Program-made: the position numbers and the translations under genes
Origin: Verrucomicrobiia bacterium
Lineage (GTDB): Bacteria > Vulcanimicrobiota > Vulcanimicrobiia > Vulcanimicrobiales > Vulcanimicrobiaceae
Direction of reading: 5' to 3'
Assembly (NCBI GenBank): GCA_035505015.1
Contig: DATJRF010000093.1
Coordinates: forward strand, 1-44,054
Length of the DNA stretch: 44,054 bases
In this document: one piece after another, positions 18,980 to 27,381 of the stretch
Layout: each line of letters opens with the position of its first letter
Position numbering within the stretch: the first letter of the stretch is position 1
Notes under the pieces: model-generated
Told to the model about the DNA's origin: nothing
What the model saw: only the letters and a program-made list of their open reading frames with translations
Database searches by the model: none

Positions 18980-19301
18980 GCGGCGCTTCGAGCCAGCGCT
19001 CGGCCCAGCGGCCGATCGCTTCGAGCGCGTCTTCGAGCTCCCGCCCGCGCGTCGTGAGCTCGTAGACGACGCGCACCGGCGAACCCGCGTAGACGTCGCG
19101 CCGCACGATCTTGGCAGCCTCCAGCTCGCGCAGCCGCTCCGTGAGCAGCCGGTCCGAGATGCCGGGGATCGCCGCGAGCACCTCGTTGAAGCGGCGCGGG
19201 CCGGTCATCAACACGTGCACGATCGCGCCGGTCCACCGCTTGCCGATCAACTCGACCGCGGCATGAAACCGCGGGCAAAGCCCTGCGTGCTTATCCGGCA
19301 T
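18969..19301 (-). CDS. HxlR-family transcriptional regulator
   Basis: The sequence CPRFHAAVELIGKRWTGAIVHVL...RFNE...GISDRLLTERLRELE is typical of HxlR winged-helix regulators. The start is ATG 19301 or ATG 19319. Confidence 0.8.
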   Translation of the reverse strand: MPDKHAGLCPRFHAAVELIGKRWTGAIVHVLMTGPRRFNEVLAAIPGISDRLLTERLRELEAAKIVRRDVYAGSPVRVVYELTTRGRELEDALEAIGRWAERWLEAPLSA

Positions 19302-19312
19302 AGCCTGGCTAC

Positions 19313-19367
19313 TTGACATAAGCTTGTTACCCTGATACCTTGTGCCCATGAGGCTACCATAAGTAGC
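19313..19367 (+). promoter_or_regulatory. Putative doxX promoter and HxlR operator
   Basis: This lies in a low-GC divergent intergenic region. TTGACA is at 19313-19318, with TACCTT 17 nt downstream. The palindrome GCTAC-N5-GTAGC is at 19353-19367, and GCTACTT (19308-19314) is inverted relative to AAGTAGC (19361-19367). Confidence 0.35.
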
Positions 19368-19405
19368 TTACTAAGACAAGATACGTTCCAGGAGCAGAAA
19401 AGATC

Positions 19406-19915
19406 ATGTCGATCGCCTTCCTTCTCGTTCGCCTCATCCTGGGGCTCGCGATCGCCGCGCACGGCGCGCAGAAGCTCTTCGGGTGGTTCGGCGGGTACGG
19501 CCTCGCGGGTACGGGCGGCTTCTTCGAGCAGCTCGGCTTCCGCCCGGGAAAACTCTTCGCGCTGATGGCCGGCCTGGCCGAAGCCGGCAGCGGACTGCTG
19601 ATCGTGCTCGGTCTGGGCGGTGCGATCGGTCCGGCGCTGTTGGTGATGGTGATGCTCGTCGCAATCGCCACGGTTCACCTTCCGAAAGGCTTCTTCGTAA
19701 CCAACGGCGGCTGGGAGCTCAACGCCGTCTACATCGCAGGCGCGCTGGGGCTGGCCTTCGGCGGCTTCGGCCGCTACTCGCTCGACCGGGCGCTGGGCGC
19801 CGGCGCCGTCCACACCACGCTCTTCGGAGCCGAGGCGATGGCGGTGGCGGTGGTTTTAGCGGGGCTCAACCTGCTCGCGCGCCGGCCTACTGGATCTCCC
19901 TCGCCCACGCCGTGA
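19406..19915 (+). CDS. DoxX-family membrane protein
   Basis: The N-terminus LLVRLILGLAIAAHGAQKLFGWFGG and several TM segments are typical of DoxX. The gene is divergent from an HxlR regulator, a common pairing. Confidence 0.8.
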   Translation: MSIAFLLVRLILGLAIAAHGAQKLFGWFGGYGLAGTGGFFEQLGFRPGKLFALMAGLAEAGSGLLIVLGLGGAIGPALLVMVMLVAIATVHLPKGFFVTNGGWELNAVYIAGALGLAFGGFGRYSLDRALGAGAVHTTLFGAEAMAVAVVLAGLNLLARRPTGSPSPTP

Positions 19916-20480
19916 TCGCGGCGGGAAGCGCGTCGTCGCCGTCGATCGCCCCGTAGTCGAGACGGCGATGCGCGCTTCGCGCAGCGCTAATAAGGGCCTG
20001 CGTTCCGGCGTCCGGAGCGCCGGCGTCCTGCTCGCGCAGCAAGAGGATCGGCACCGCGACCGCCGCGATCTCGCCGGGCGTCGCGAGGGGATCGAGCAAG
20101 ACGAGCCCTCGCACCGGCACGCCGCCGGCGGCAGCCTCGGCAGCTGCTGCGGCACCCGCTCCGAGCCCGAGCAGATAGATGCGATCCGGGTCGACGTGCG
20201 GATCGGCGGCGGCGGCTGTGACGGCGGCCGCCACATCGCCGGAGCTCGCTGCGTCGATCGAAACGACCGCGAAGCCGGCGGCGTTGAGCGGCTGCGCGAG
20301 ACCGGGATGCTCCCCGACCGCTACGAGCGCCGGGCTCGTCCCTTGCTGGCCCGCCGGCCAGCTCAGCGTTGCCGAGAGCAATCCGCCGCCGCTCGAGGGC
20401 AGCGTCAGGACGGCCGCGTTGGGCGGCGGCGAGGGCGCGATGGCGAGCAGCAGCGCCGCCAAGAGCGCGGGGGCGCTCAC
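19887..20480 (-). CDS. Secreted alpha/beta-hydrolase-fold-like protein with no obvious nucleophile
   Basis: GTG 20480 overlaps the GntR gene stop (GTGA). A hydrophobic N-terminus is present. At the position expected for the nucleophile elbow the sequence is LLGLGAGAA, with no Ser or Cys. Confidence 0.45.
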   Translation of the reverse strand: MSAPALLAALLLAIAPSPPPNAAVLTLPSSGGGLLSATLSWPAGQQGTSPALVAVGEHPGLAQPLNAAGFAVVSIDAASSGDVAAAVTAAAADPHVDPDRIYLLGLGAGAAAAAEAAAGGVPVRGLVLLDPLATPGEIAAVAVPILLLREQDAGAPDAGTQALISAARSAHRRLDYGAIDGDDALPAAITAWAREIQ

Positions 20481-20899
20481 TTCGCTCCCTGCAGCACGCC
20501 GGCGGAGCGGGCGAGAGCGACTTGGCGCTTGATCTGCGCTGCGACGGCGCGCTCGATCTCCGCTCCATCGAAGCCGAGCGCTCGCGCTTGCGCGACGAAA
20601 CGCTCGGCGGCTTCGGCCAGTTTCACCTTGTGCGGCCGCGCCTCGCCGCGCGCTCGTTCCGCGACGAACGTGCCGCGCCCGCGCTGCGCAGCGAGGACGC
20701 CTTCGCGCTCGAGTTCGAGATAGGCGCGGTTCACCGTGTTCGGATTGACCGCCAGCGCGACCGCGACTTCGCGCACCGTCGGCAGCCGATCGCCGCCGCG
20801 AAGCGTGCCCCGCGCGATCGCGTGCAGGATCTGATCGCGGAGCTGAAGGTAAACCGGGATGCCGGAGCGTTCGTCCAGCCGAAACTCGGTTCGCTGCAT
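20477..20899 (-). CDS. GntR-family transcriptional regulator (short YtrA/YhcF-like type)
   Basis: The sequence PVYLQLRDQILHAIARGTLRGGDRLPTVREVAVALAVNPNTVNRAYLELEREGVL is a typical GntR winged HTH. The C-terminal region is short. Confidence 0.85.
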   Translation of the reverse strand: MQRTEFRLDERSGIPVYLQLRDQILHAIARGTLRGGDRLPTVREVAVALAVNPNTVNRAYLELEREGVLAAQRGRGTFVAERARGEARPHKVKLAEAAERFVAQARALGFDGAEIERAVAAQIKRQVALARSAGVLQGAK

Positions 20900-20907
20900 T
20901 GTGTTGG

Positions 20908-20919
20908 TGTCTTAAGACA
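20908..20919. promoter_or_regulatory. Perfect 12-bp palindrome TGTCTTAAGACA, candidate GntR operator
   Basis: I read it directly from the sequence, 9 nt upstream of the GntR start codon in the divergent intergenic region. It has the GT...AC core typical of GntR-family operators. Confidence 0.45.
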
Positions 20920-20977
20920 TTTAGACTATATCGGCGTCCGCCGGGGATTGTCAAGCCGTGCGCAGTATGCCCGCTTC

Positions 20978-21817
20978 ATGGAAACCGTCGCCTTTTACGG
21001 GGCCGGCATGCTCGGCTCGGCCATGATCCAAGCGATGCTGCGGCGCGGGGTGCAGGTGCGCGTCTGGAACCGCTCGTTCGAGCGCGCGCAGGCACTCGAG
21101 GCTCACGGAGCGGTCGCGATCGCCGATCCCGCCGAGGCGGCACGCGGCGCCGCTTACGTTCACCTCTGCCTCTACGACGACGCCAGCGTCGACGCAACCC
21201 TCGAACGGGCGCTTGCGGGCATCGAGCCTTCGACCCCGATCGTCGATCACACCACGGCGCTGCCGCAGCGCGTGCTCGAACGCTGCGAACGTTTGGCGCA
21301 CGACGGCCGGCTCTTCTTCCACGCGCCGGTCTTCATGGGACCGCCGATGGCGCGCGAGGCAAAGGGCACGATGCTGGCCAGCGGCGATGCGGTACTCTTC
21401 GAGCGCCTGCGCCCCGCGCTCGGCGCCATGTGTTCGGATCTGCGCTATCTCGGCTCGCGCGCCGATCTGGCGGCCGTCTACAAACTGCTCGGAAACGCGA
21501 TGATTCTCGCCGTCGTCGGCGGCTTGAGCGACGTCTTTCGCATCGCCGGGGAGCGCGGCCTCACGCGCGAGCAGGCGTACGAGCTCTTCTCCTTCTACGA
21601 TCCCTCGGGCCAGATCGGCGGTCGCGGAAAGCGCATGGCCGCCGGGGATTACGAACCGGCTTGGAAGCTCGACGTCGCGCGCAAGGACGCGCTGCTGATG
21701 CAAGCCGCCGCCAATCACGAGCGCCTGCCGGTGATCGACGCGATCGAGGCAATGCTCCGCGACGCCTCCGCACGCGGCTTGGGCGATCGCGACTTGGCGG
21801 CGGTTGCCGCCGTCTAG
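20978..21817 (+). CDS. NAD(P)-dependent beta-hydroxyacid dehydrogenase family oxidoreductase
   Basis: ATG 20978 gives VAFYGAGMLGSAMIQAML, a Rossmann GxGxxG motif. The length and the C-terminal helical domain resemble 3-hydroxyisobutyrate/6-phosphogluconate dehydrogenase-like enzymes. Confidence 0.7.
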   Translation: METVAFYGAGMLGSAMIQAMLRRGVQVRVWNRSFERAQALEAHGAVAIADPAEAARGAAYVHLCLYDDASVDATLERALAGIEPSTPIVDHTTALPQRVLERCERLAHDGRLFFHAPVFMGPPMAREAKGTMLASGDAVLFERLRPALGAMCSDLRYLGSRADLAAVYKLLGNAMILAVVGGLSDVFRIAGERGLTREQAYELFSFYDPSGQIGGRGKRMAAGDYEPAWKLDVARKDALLMQAAANHERLPVIDAIEAMLRDASARGLGDRDLAAVAAV

Positions 21818-22302
21818 CGGCGCGGCGGAGCGCTGGCCGGCAACGGCGTGCGGCGCGGCAGCGGCGAACCGGTCCAAGCCGGTCGCGGCGTCGGCACCGG
21901 CTGCGGCGTGAACACCGCACGCGGCGCGACCGAGGGCGCTGCGGCGTCGTACGGTGACGGCGTAGCAAATCGCGCGCCTCTTTCGGTGCGGATCTCGAGG
22001 CTTCGCCTCTGCGGCACGTAGCTGACGCTCGCTCCGAGGGCGCGCAGCAACGGGCCGATCGCCACGTACGCGGCGTCGGGCACTTGCGGGTTCCCGCGCG
22101 AGAGCGCGACGCGCACCCGCCGGCCGTTTCGCTCGATCACCAAGACGTTGCCGTCGAACCACAGCCGATCGGCGAGACGCGTGAGCAGCGGCTCGACCGG
22201 CGCGTAGACGCGCCCGCTCGCGAGGTACGCCTGCACGTAAGCGACGACGGGACGGCCGTCCAGGATCAGCGCGACCGGCGTTCCGGGTGGGAATACGGGC
22301 AT
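21814..22302 (-). CDS. Hypothetical protein, possibly with a copper-amine-oxidase-N-terminal-like (stalk) domain and a Pro-rich tail
   Basis: Composition is coding-like. The pattern LILDGRPV...RVYAPVEPL...LWFDGNVLVIER resembles that domain, but the call is weak. Confidence 0.35.
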   Translation of the reverse strand: MPVFPPGTPVALILDGRPVVAYVQAYLASGRVYAPVEPLLTRLADRLWFDGNVLVIERNGRRVRVALSRGNPQVPDAAYVAIGPLLRALGASVSYVPQRRSLEIRTERGARFATPSPYDAAAPSVAPRAVFTPQPVPTPRPAWTGSPLPRRTPLPASAPPRR

Positions 22303-22325
22303 CGCGCAGCGATATACCGCATCGC

Positions 22326-23156
22326 ATGGCGCGATTCATCTCGGCGGTCAAGGAGGCTTCGCTGCGCTTCTCGCGCGACGGCTGCGCCTTCCTCGCGCAA
22401 GCGCTCGCCTTCAACGCGCTCTTCTCGCTCTTTCCCCTGGTCGTGCTCGTGCTCAGCGCAATCACTTTCTTCGTGCCCAACGCCGAGCATCGCGCGATCG
22501 CGCTCTTCCACGAGCTCGCCCCGACCGCCAACGAGATCGTCGCGCAGAATCTGCGCACCTATCTCTACGCCCGCGGAATCACGAGCCTCATCGCGCTGCT
22601 CTTCTTGCTGTGGTCCGGCAAGAATCTCTTCATGGGGCTCGCCTACGCGCTGGATCGGGCGCTCGGCGTACCCAAGGGCCGTCCGCTCGTCCACAGTCTG
22701 GCCCTCTCCTTCGTGATGCTGCCGATCATGGGGCTGATGCTCGTGGTCGCGATCGCGCTGCCGGTCCTGCTCTCGCTCGCACTCCATTTCACCGGCATCA
22801 GGGATCCGGCGCGCCTCACTCACATCGCCGCCTACCTCGTTTCCATCGTGCTGGTCTTCGTCGTGACGGTCGTGCTCTATCGCTTTCTTCCCAACCGTCA
22901 CGTCTCGTACGGCTTCTCCCTGCCGGGAGCGGCGATCGTCGCGATCCTCTGGCCGATCGTGCAATACGCCTTTGCGCAGTACGTCACGCACGTCGACTTC
23001 ACGCACGTCTACGGCGCGCTCTCCGCGCCGCTCGTGCTGCTGCTCTGGTTTTATTACATCGGCTCGATCTTTCTCTTCGGCGCCGAGTACTGCGCGGCGT
23101 GGGCCTCGCAGAAGGGCTCCGACGACGTGCCCAAGCTGGTCGACGAGATCGGATGA
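22326..23156 (+). CDS. YihY/BrkB-family inner-membrane protein
   Basis: The N-terminus is FLAQALAFNALFSLFPLVVLVL and the C-terminus is LLLWFYYIGSIFLFGAEY, with multiple TM segments. The start is ATG 22326 or GTG 22287. Confidence 0.75.
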   Translation: MARFISAVKEASLRFSRDGCAFLAQALAFNALFSLFPLVVLVLSAITFFVPNAEHRAIALFHELAPTANEIVAQNLRTYLYARGITSLIALLFLLWSGKNLFMGLAYALDRALGVPKGRPLVHSLALSFVMLPIMGLMLVVAIALPVLLSLALHFTGIRDPARLTHIAAYLVSIVLVFVVTVVLYRFLPNRHVSYGFSLPGAAIVAILWPIVQYAFAQYVTHVDFTHVYGALSAPLVLLLWFYYIGSIFLFGAEYCAAWASQKGSDDVPKLVDEIG

Positions 23157-23833
23157 CGTACGTTTTCATCCACGGCTCCGGCTGCACGGGCGAGGTCTTC
23201 GCGGCGCAGAGCGCCGCCTTCGCCGGCTCGATCGCGCCGACGCTGCCCGGACACGGCACCCCGGGCTCGCCTTGCTCGATCGACGAGTTCGCCGACTTCG
23301 TCGCCGCGGAGCTGGCCGGGCGCGACCTCCGCGACGCGATCTTGTGCGGGAGCTCGATGGGCGGAGCGATCGCGCTCACGCTCGGCCTGCGGCGCGATCC
23401 GCGCGTGCGCGCCCTGGTCCTCATCGGCTCCGGTGCCCGCTTGCGGGTCGCTCCCGCGATGCTCGAGCGCCTGGAATCCGACTTCGCCGCCGGCGCGCGC
23501 GAGCTGGCGCCGTGGTTCTTCGCCGAGCCCGAACCCGCGCGCGTCGAGGCGGCCGTGCGCTCGATGCTCCTGGTGGGCCAAGCGCAGACGCTGCGCGATT
23601 TTCGCGCTTGCGACGCCTTCGACGTGACCGAGCGCCTCGGCGAGCTCTCCCTGCCTTTGCTCGCCCTCACCGGCGAGCACGACCGCCTGACGCCCCCCAA
23701 ATACGCGGCCTTCCTGGCCGACCGGGTGCCCGGAGCTTCAGCGCGAATACTGCCCGGTGCCGGTCACCTCGCAATGGTCGAGCGGCCGGATGAGGCCAAC
23801 GCCGCGTTACGCGCGTTTGCCGAGCTCACCTGA
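23153..23833 (+). CDS. Alpha/beta hydrolase
   Basis: ATG 23153 overlaps the upstream TGA (ATGA). The motifs FIHGSG, a nucleophile elbow GSSMGG, and a C-terminal GAGHLAMVERP are present. Confidence 0.75.
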   Translation: MTYVFIHGSGCTGEVFAAQSAAFAGSIAPTLPGHGTPGSPCSIDEFADFVAAELAGRDLRDAILCGSSMGGAIALTLGLRRDPRVRALVLIGSGARLRVAPAMLERLESDFAAGARELAPWFFAEPEPARVEAAVRSMLLVGQAQTLRDFRACDAFDVTERLGELSLPLLALTGEHDRLTPPKYAAFLADRVPGASARILPGAGHLAMVERPDEANAALRAFAELT

Positions 23834-23853
23834 GTCCCGCTGAAAGGAACACC

Positions 23854-24885
23854 GTGCGCCGGCTCTTCGGAGTGCTCTTGCTCTGTTCGTCCCTCTCCCT
23901 GGTGGCCGCCGCCCCTCCCGCGCTGCCCACGACGACGCCGACTCCCCTGCCGCTGATCACGCCGACGCCGGTGCCGACCTCGCGTGCCGGCGCCCCGACC
24001 GTGCTCGTCTTTCCCTTCGACGTGCAAGGCGGCTCCAATCCGAACATCGGCATGGCGATGGCGCAGATCACCGTGCAGCAACTGCAGGCGGCCGGAGGAC
24101 TCACGGTTCTTCCCGTTCCGCAAAACGTCGCGCGCGCGGAGTTCCTTTCCACGGCGCGCGCCGATCACGCCGACTACTACCTCAGCGGATACGTGACGCC
24201 GGTCGGAGACATGGCCTCGTCCGTAGAGCAGCTCGTGGCCATCGACAGCGGCGTGATCATCTACTCGCAGACCGCCGAGATCACGTCGGTGGCGGACGTC
24301 GCCTCGCAGGCGCTGGTCGTGCGGGACGCCATCATGGCGCATTCCGGTCTCGTTCCTCGCGAGAACGTCGCCGCGTCGAGCTCGACGCCAGCACCGGCCT
24401 CGAGCAACGGCACCGCCGTCAAGATCACCGGCCTGAGCAGCATCGTCGATTCCGTCTTCGGCAAGCACGCCAAGACCGGCCCGCGAGCTTCCGCCTCACC
24501 GATCGTCAAGCCCGACCGCGGCGTCATCATCGCCCGCGTCACCGGCAGCGCGAGCATTCCCGCAAGCGAAGTGACGACCGCGCGCAGCCTGCTCTATCTG
24601 GGCATGAACCATTTCTTCAACACCGAGATGACCGCGGTCACCACCAATCCGGAACGGTCGGCGGACTCGATCTGCGGCACGAGCCGCGACAACACCATCG
24701 CCTCGGGCGTGGTTTCGACCACCCCGCCGGCCAAGCACGAAAAAGAGCAGACCGTCTTTACCTTGACGATCTACACGTGCTTCGGCGCGCAGCTCGCGCA
24801 GCAAATCGGCAAAGGCCCGAACATCTCCGCGGCGATCGCCAGCGCGATCGCCGCCTACGCGGCCGCGCACCCCGATAACAGCTAG
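23854..24885 (+). CDS. Secreted hypothetical protein with a Pro/Thr-rich linker
   Basis: GTG 23854 gives a signal peptide (MRRLFGVLLLCSSLSLVAA) followed by a PT-rich linker. No family recognised. Confidence 0.5.
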   Translation: MRRLFGVLLLCSSLSLVAAAPPALPTTTPTPLPLITPTPVPTSRAGAPTVLVFPFDVQGGSNPNIGMAMAQITVQQLQAAGGLTVLPVPQNVARAEFLSTARADHADYYLSGYVTPVGDMASSVEQLVAIDSGVIIYSQTAEITSVADVASQALVVRDAIMAHSGLVPRENVAASSSTPAPASSNGTAVKITGLSSIVDSVFGKHAKTGPRASASPIVKPDRGVIIARVTGSASIPASEVTTARSLLYLGMNHFFNTEMTAVTTNPERSADSICGTSRDNTIASGVVSTTPPAKHEKEQTVFTLTIYTCFGAQLAQQIGKGPNISAAIASAIAAYAAAHPDNS

Positions 24886-24907
24886 GGGAGGCCCCCGGCC
24901 GCGAAGA

Positions 24908-26335
24908 TTAGGCCGCTCCCCGGCGGCGGCGCTGAATCGTCGGGGGCTCGGGTTTCGGCATCGCCTGCACGCTCGGCGCGGCCGGCTTGGGCAGCACCGC
25001 AACCTGCTGCTCGACCAGGCGCAGCGCCTCGGCGGTGGGCGGCAGCGTGGGGACGCTCGCGTCGGCCGGCGAGCCGAAGCCGAACGCCGCGGTGAGATCG
25101 CCGCAGGTTTCGCGCCGCCATTTCGTGAGATACGGCACCTCCACGCCGAAGCGCGCCTCGATCAGACGCAGCGTCGAGGTGTGGTCGAACGTGTTGCCGC
25201 AGACGAACCCGCCGCGCGAGAACGGCGAGACGACCATGCACGGGACGCGAAAGCCCAACCCGATCGGCTCGCCGCCGACGTACTCGCCCGGCGTGCCCGG
25301 CGGCGGCGTCGGCGGAACGACGTGATCGAAGAGGCCGTCGTTTTCGTCGTAGACGAGCACGAACGCCGTGCGCGCCCAGAGCCTCGGGTTCGACCAGAAC
25401 GCTTCGAGAATCCGGCGCAGATAATCTTCGCCGGCGGCCGGCAGCATGTCGGGATGCTCGCATAGCGCATACGGTGGGACGATCCACGTGACTTGCGGCA
25501 AGTTACCGGTGCGAATGTCCTGCAGCATCGTCTCGGCCGAGCGCACCTTGACCGCATTTTCGTACAGGCCGGAGGTCGGCGGCGCGTCCTGAAATGCCGC
25601 GAAGTTCATGATGACGTCGAGCCCCACCGGGAACTCCGGCGTGCTCTCTTCGCGATAGATGCGCCACGTGACGCCGGCTCGCTCGAGGCGCTGCGCGTAG
25701 GTCTCCCACGTGTAGCGCGTCCCGCGATTGTTGGTGGCGGGCCCGCCGTTCTTTGCGTCGGGGTCGATCCACGCCGACATCCAGTAGTAGCGGTTGGGAT
25801 TGGTCGGCCCCATCAACGAGCAATGGTAGCCGTCGCAGATCGTAAATGCGTCGGCCAACGCGTAGTAGAACGGCAGATCGGCGCGCGTGTAGTAACCCAT
25901 CGTCAAGGGCGCGCTGCTGCCGTCGGTGCGTTCGTGCGCGGTGACCCACGCGTCGGCCCGGCCGCCGTTCCAGGATGCATGGAGCGCTCCCCAGGCATGG
26001 CTGAGATCGTGCAGGCGCTGAGCGCTCGTCGTTTTCGTATCGAGGTGAAAGGGCAGCACGTAGCCGTCGCGCGACGAGGCATACGGCTGGTAGAAGACCG
26101 GGCGGCCGTCGGGCAAGAGCGCGGCCTTGGCATCGCCGAACCCTCGCACGCCTGCGAGCGTGCCGAAGTAATGATCGAACGACCGGTTCTCCTGCATCAG
26201 GATCACGATGTGATCGATGTCGCTCAGCTTCGATGGCGGTGCCTGCGCATCGGCCGGTCGAACCCACTCGACGCAAGGCGTCAGCGCGGCGCCGGCGGCC
26301 AGGGAGAGAAAATGCGATCGCGAGAGACGGCTCAT
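24908..26335 (-). CDS. Phosphoesterase-family protein (phospholipase C / acid phosphatase family) with a Tat-like signal
   Basis: The N-terminus is MSRLSRSHFLSLAAGAAL....ADA. The family signature IDHIVILMQENRSFDHYFGTLAGVRGF is present. Confidence 0.75.
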   Translation of the reverse strand: MSRLSRSHFLSLAAGAALTPCVEWVRPADAQAPPSKLSDIDHIVILMQENRSFDHYFGTLAGVRGFGDAKAALLPDGRPVFYQPYASSRDGYVLPFHLDTKTTSAQRLHDLSHAWGALHASWNGGRADAWVTAHERTDGSSAPLTMGYYTRADLPFYYALADAFTICDGYHCSLMGPTNPNRYYWMSAWIDPDAKNGGPATNNRGTRYTWETYAQRLERAGVTWRIYREESTPEFPVGLDVIMNFAAFQDAPPTSGLYENAVKVRSAETMLQDIRTGNLPQVTWIVPPYALCEHPDMLPAAGEDYLRRILEAFWSNPRLWARTAFVLVYDENDGLFDHVVPPTPPPGTPGEYVGGEPIGLGFRVPCMVVSPFSRGGFVCGNTFDHTSTLRLIEARFGVEVPYLTKWRRETCGDLTAAFGFGSPADASVPTLPPTAEALRLVEQQVAVLPKPAAPSVQAMPKPEPPTIQRRRRGAA

Positions 26336-26377
26336 GGGCGCCCGATTCGCAGCGGAACTCGCTTTGCCTTCGAGCGC

Positions 26378-26391
26378 CGGGGCCGGCCCCG
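26378..26391 (-). terminator. GC-rich 14-bp palindrome CGGGGCCGGCCCCG directly after the rimM stop, a possible transcript boundary
   Basis: Read directly from the sequence. It is not followed by a T tract, so it is not a canonical intrinsic terminator. Confidence 0.25.
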
Positions 26392-26393
26392 CG

Positions 26394-26828
26394 TTACTCC
26401 AGCAGGCCGGCCGGGGGATCGATCACGATACGCTTGGCGGCAACGTCGATCTCGAGCACGATCGCCCGGACCATCGGCACCATCTTGCCGCCTACGACGA
26501 GCATGTCGCTTGCGGGATAGTGTTCCACGTCGTCGACGGCGCCGTAGTCTTCGCCGTTGGGTCCGGCGAGGCGGCAGCCGATCAGATCGACGTCGAGATA
26601 CTCGTCGCTAGCGACGTCGAGCACCTCGCGCGGCGCGAAGAAGGTCGCGCCGGTGTACGCTATCGCGGCATCGGCGTCTTCGACGCCCTCGATGCGCAGC
26701 AGCAGCCGTCCCTTGTGCTCCCGCGCCGCCAGTATCCGCACCGTCGACGTCTGGTCTCCGCGCCGGCAGTGCAGCTGCGCGCCTTTCGAAAACACGATGC
26801 GACCCGCGCTCGTCGGGTCGCATTTCAA
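26394..26828 (-). CDS. rimM: 16S rRNA processing protein RimM (start unresolved; coding appears to extend upstream to at least 26873)
   Basis: The C-terminal PRC-barrel region is present and the gene sits directly after rpsP and the KH protein. The only canonical start is TTG 26828. The conserved N-terminal motif LPVGRIAGPFGVRGEL is encoded in frame upstream of it. Confidence 0.8.
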   Translation of the reverse strand: MKCDPTSAGRIVFSKGAQLHCRRGDQTSTVRILAAREHKGRLLLRIEGVEDADAAIAYTGATFFAPREVLDVASDEYLDVDLIGCRLAGPNGEDYGAVDDVEHYPASDMLVVGGKMVPMVRAIVLEIDVAAKRIVIDPPAGLLE

Positions 26829-26874
26829 CTCGCCGCGAACGCCGAACGGACCGGCGATCCGTCCGACCGGGAGC

Positions 26875-27381
26875 TCACTCCTGCGGCTGCTCGTCCTCGG
26901 CTCCTTCGGCGGCCTCCTCGGAATCGAGGATATCGACCGAGACGCGGCCCTCCGCGGTCGCCCGAACGATCGTGCGCAGCGCGTGCGCGACGCGGCCGCT
27001 GCGGCCGATGACTTTGCCCAGATCCTCGGGATCGACGATCAACTCGATGACCGGCTTGCCTTCTTCATCGGTGAAGAGCTCGACGCTCACGTCGTCGGGA
27101 TGCTGCACGAGCTTGCGCGCGAGGAAGCCGAGCAGTTCCGCCGCCCGGCGATGACCGGCCCAGGGATCGTTCGGATTGCGGCTGCGGCGGCTCGGCTCGC
27201 GATCGCGGCGCGGCGAGCGATCGCGGCGCTCGGCACGCGGCGGACGAGCGTCTTCGGGCTCGATCTCGTCGATGACCGTTTCGTTGCCCGAGGCGATCTT
27301 GCGCGCGCCCAGCGTCGAGCGGCGCTCGGACTCGTCGGAATCCTCTCCGAAGAGCCCGAACTCGTCGTCGAACGAGCTCAT
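26875..27381 (-). CDS. khpA: KH-domain RNA-binding protein (YlqC/KhpA-like) with a long N-terminal charged extension
   Basis: The C-terminal half (LARKLVQHPDDVSVELF...EDLGKVIGRSGRVAHALRTIV) matches the UPF0109/KhpA type. ATG 27381 directly abuts the rpsP stop. There is no internal canonical start before the KH core. Confidence 0.75.
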   Translation of the reverse strand: MSSFDDEFGLFGEDSDESERRSTLGARKIASGNETVIDEIEPEDARPPRAERRDRSPRRDREPSRRSRNPNDPWAGHRRAAELLGFLARKLVQHPDDVSVELFTDEEGKPVIELIVDPEDLGKVIGRSGRVAHALRTIVRATAEGRVSVDILDSEEAAEGAEDEQPQE

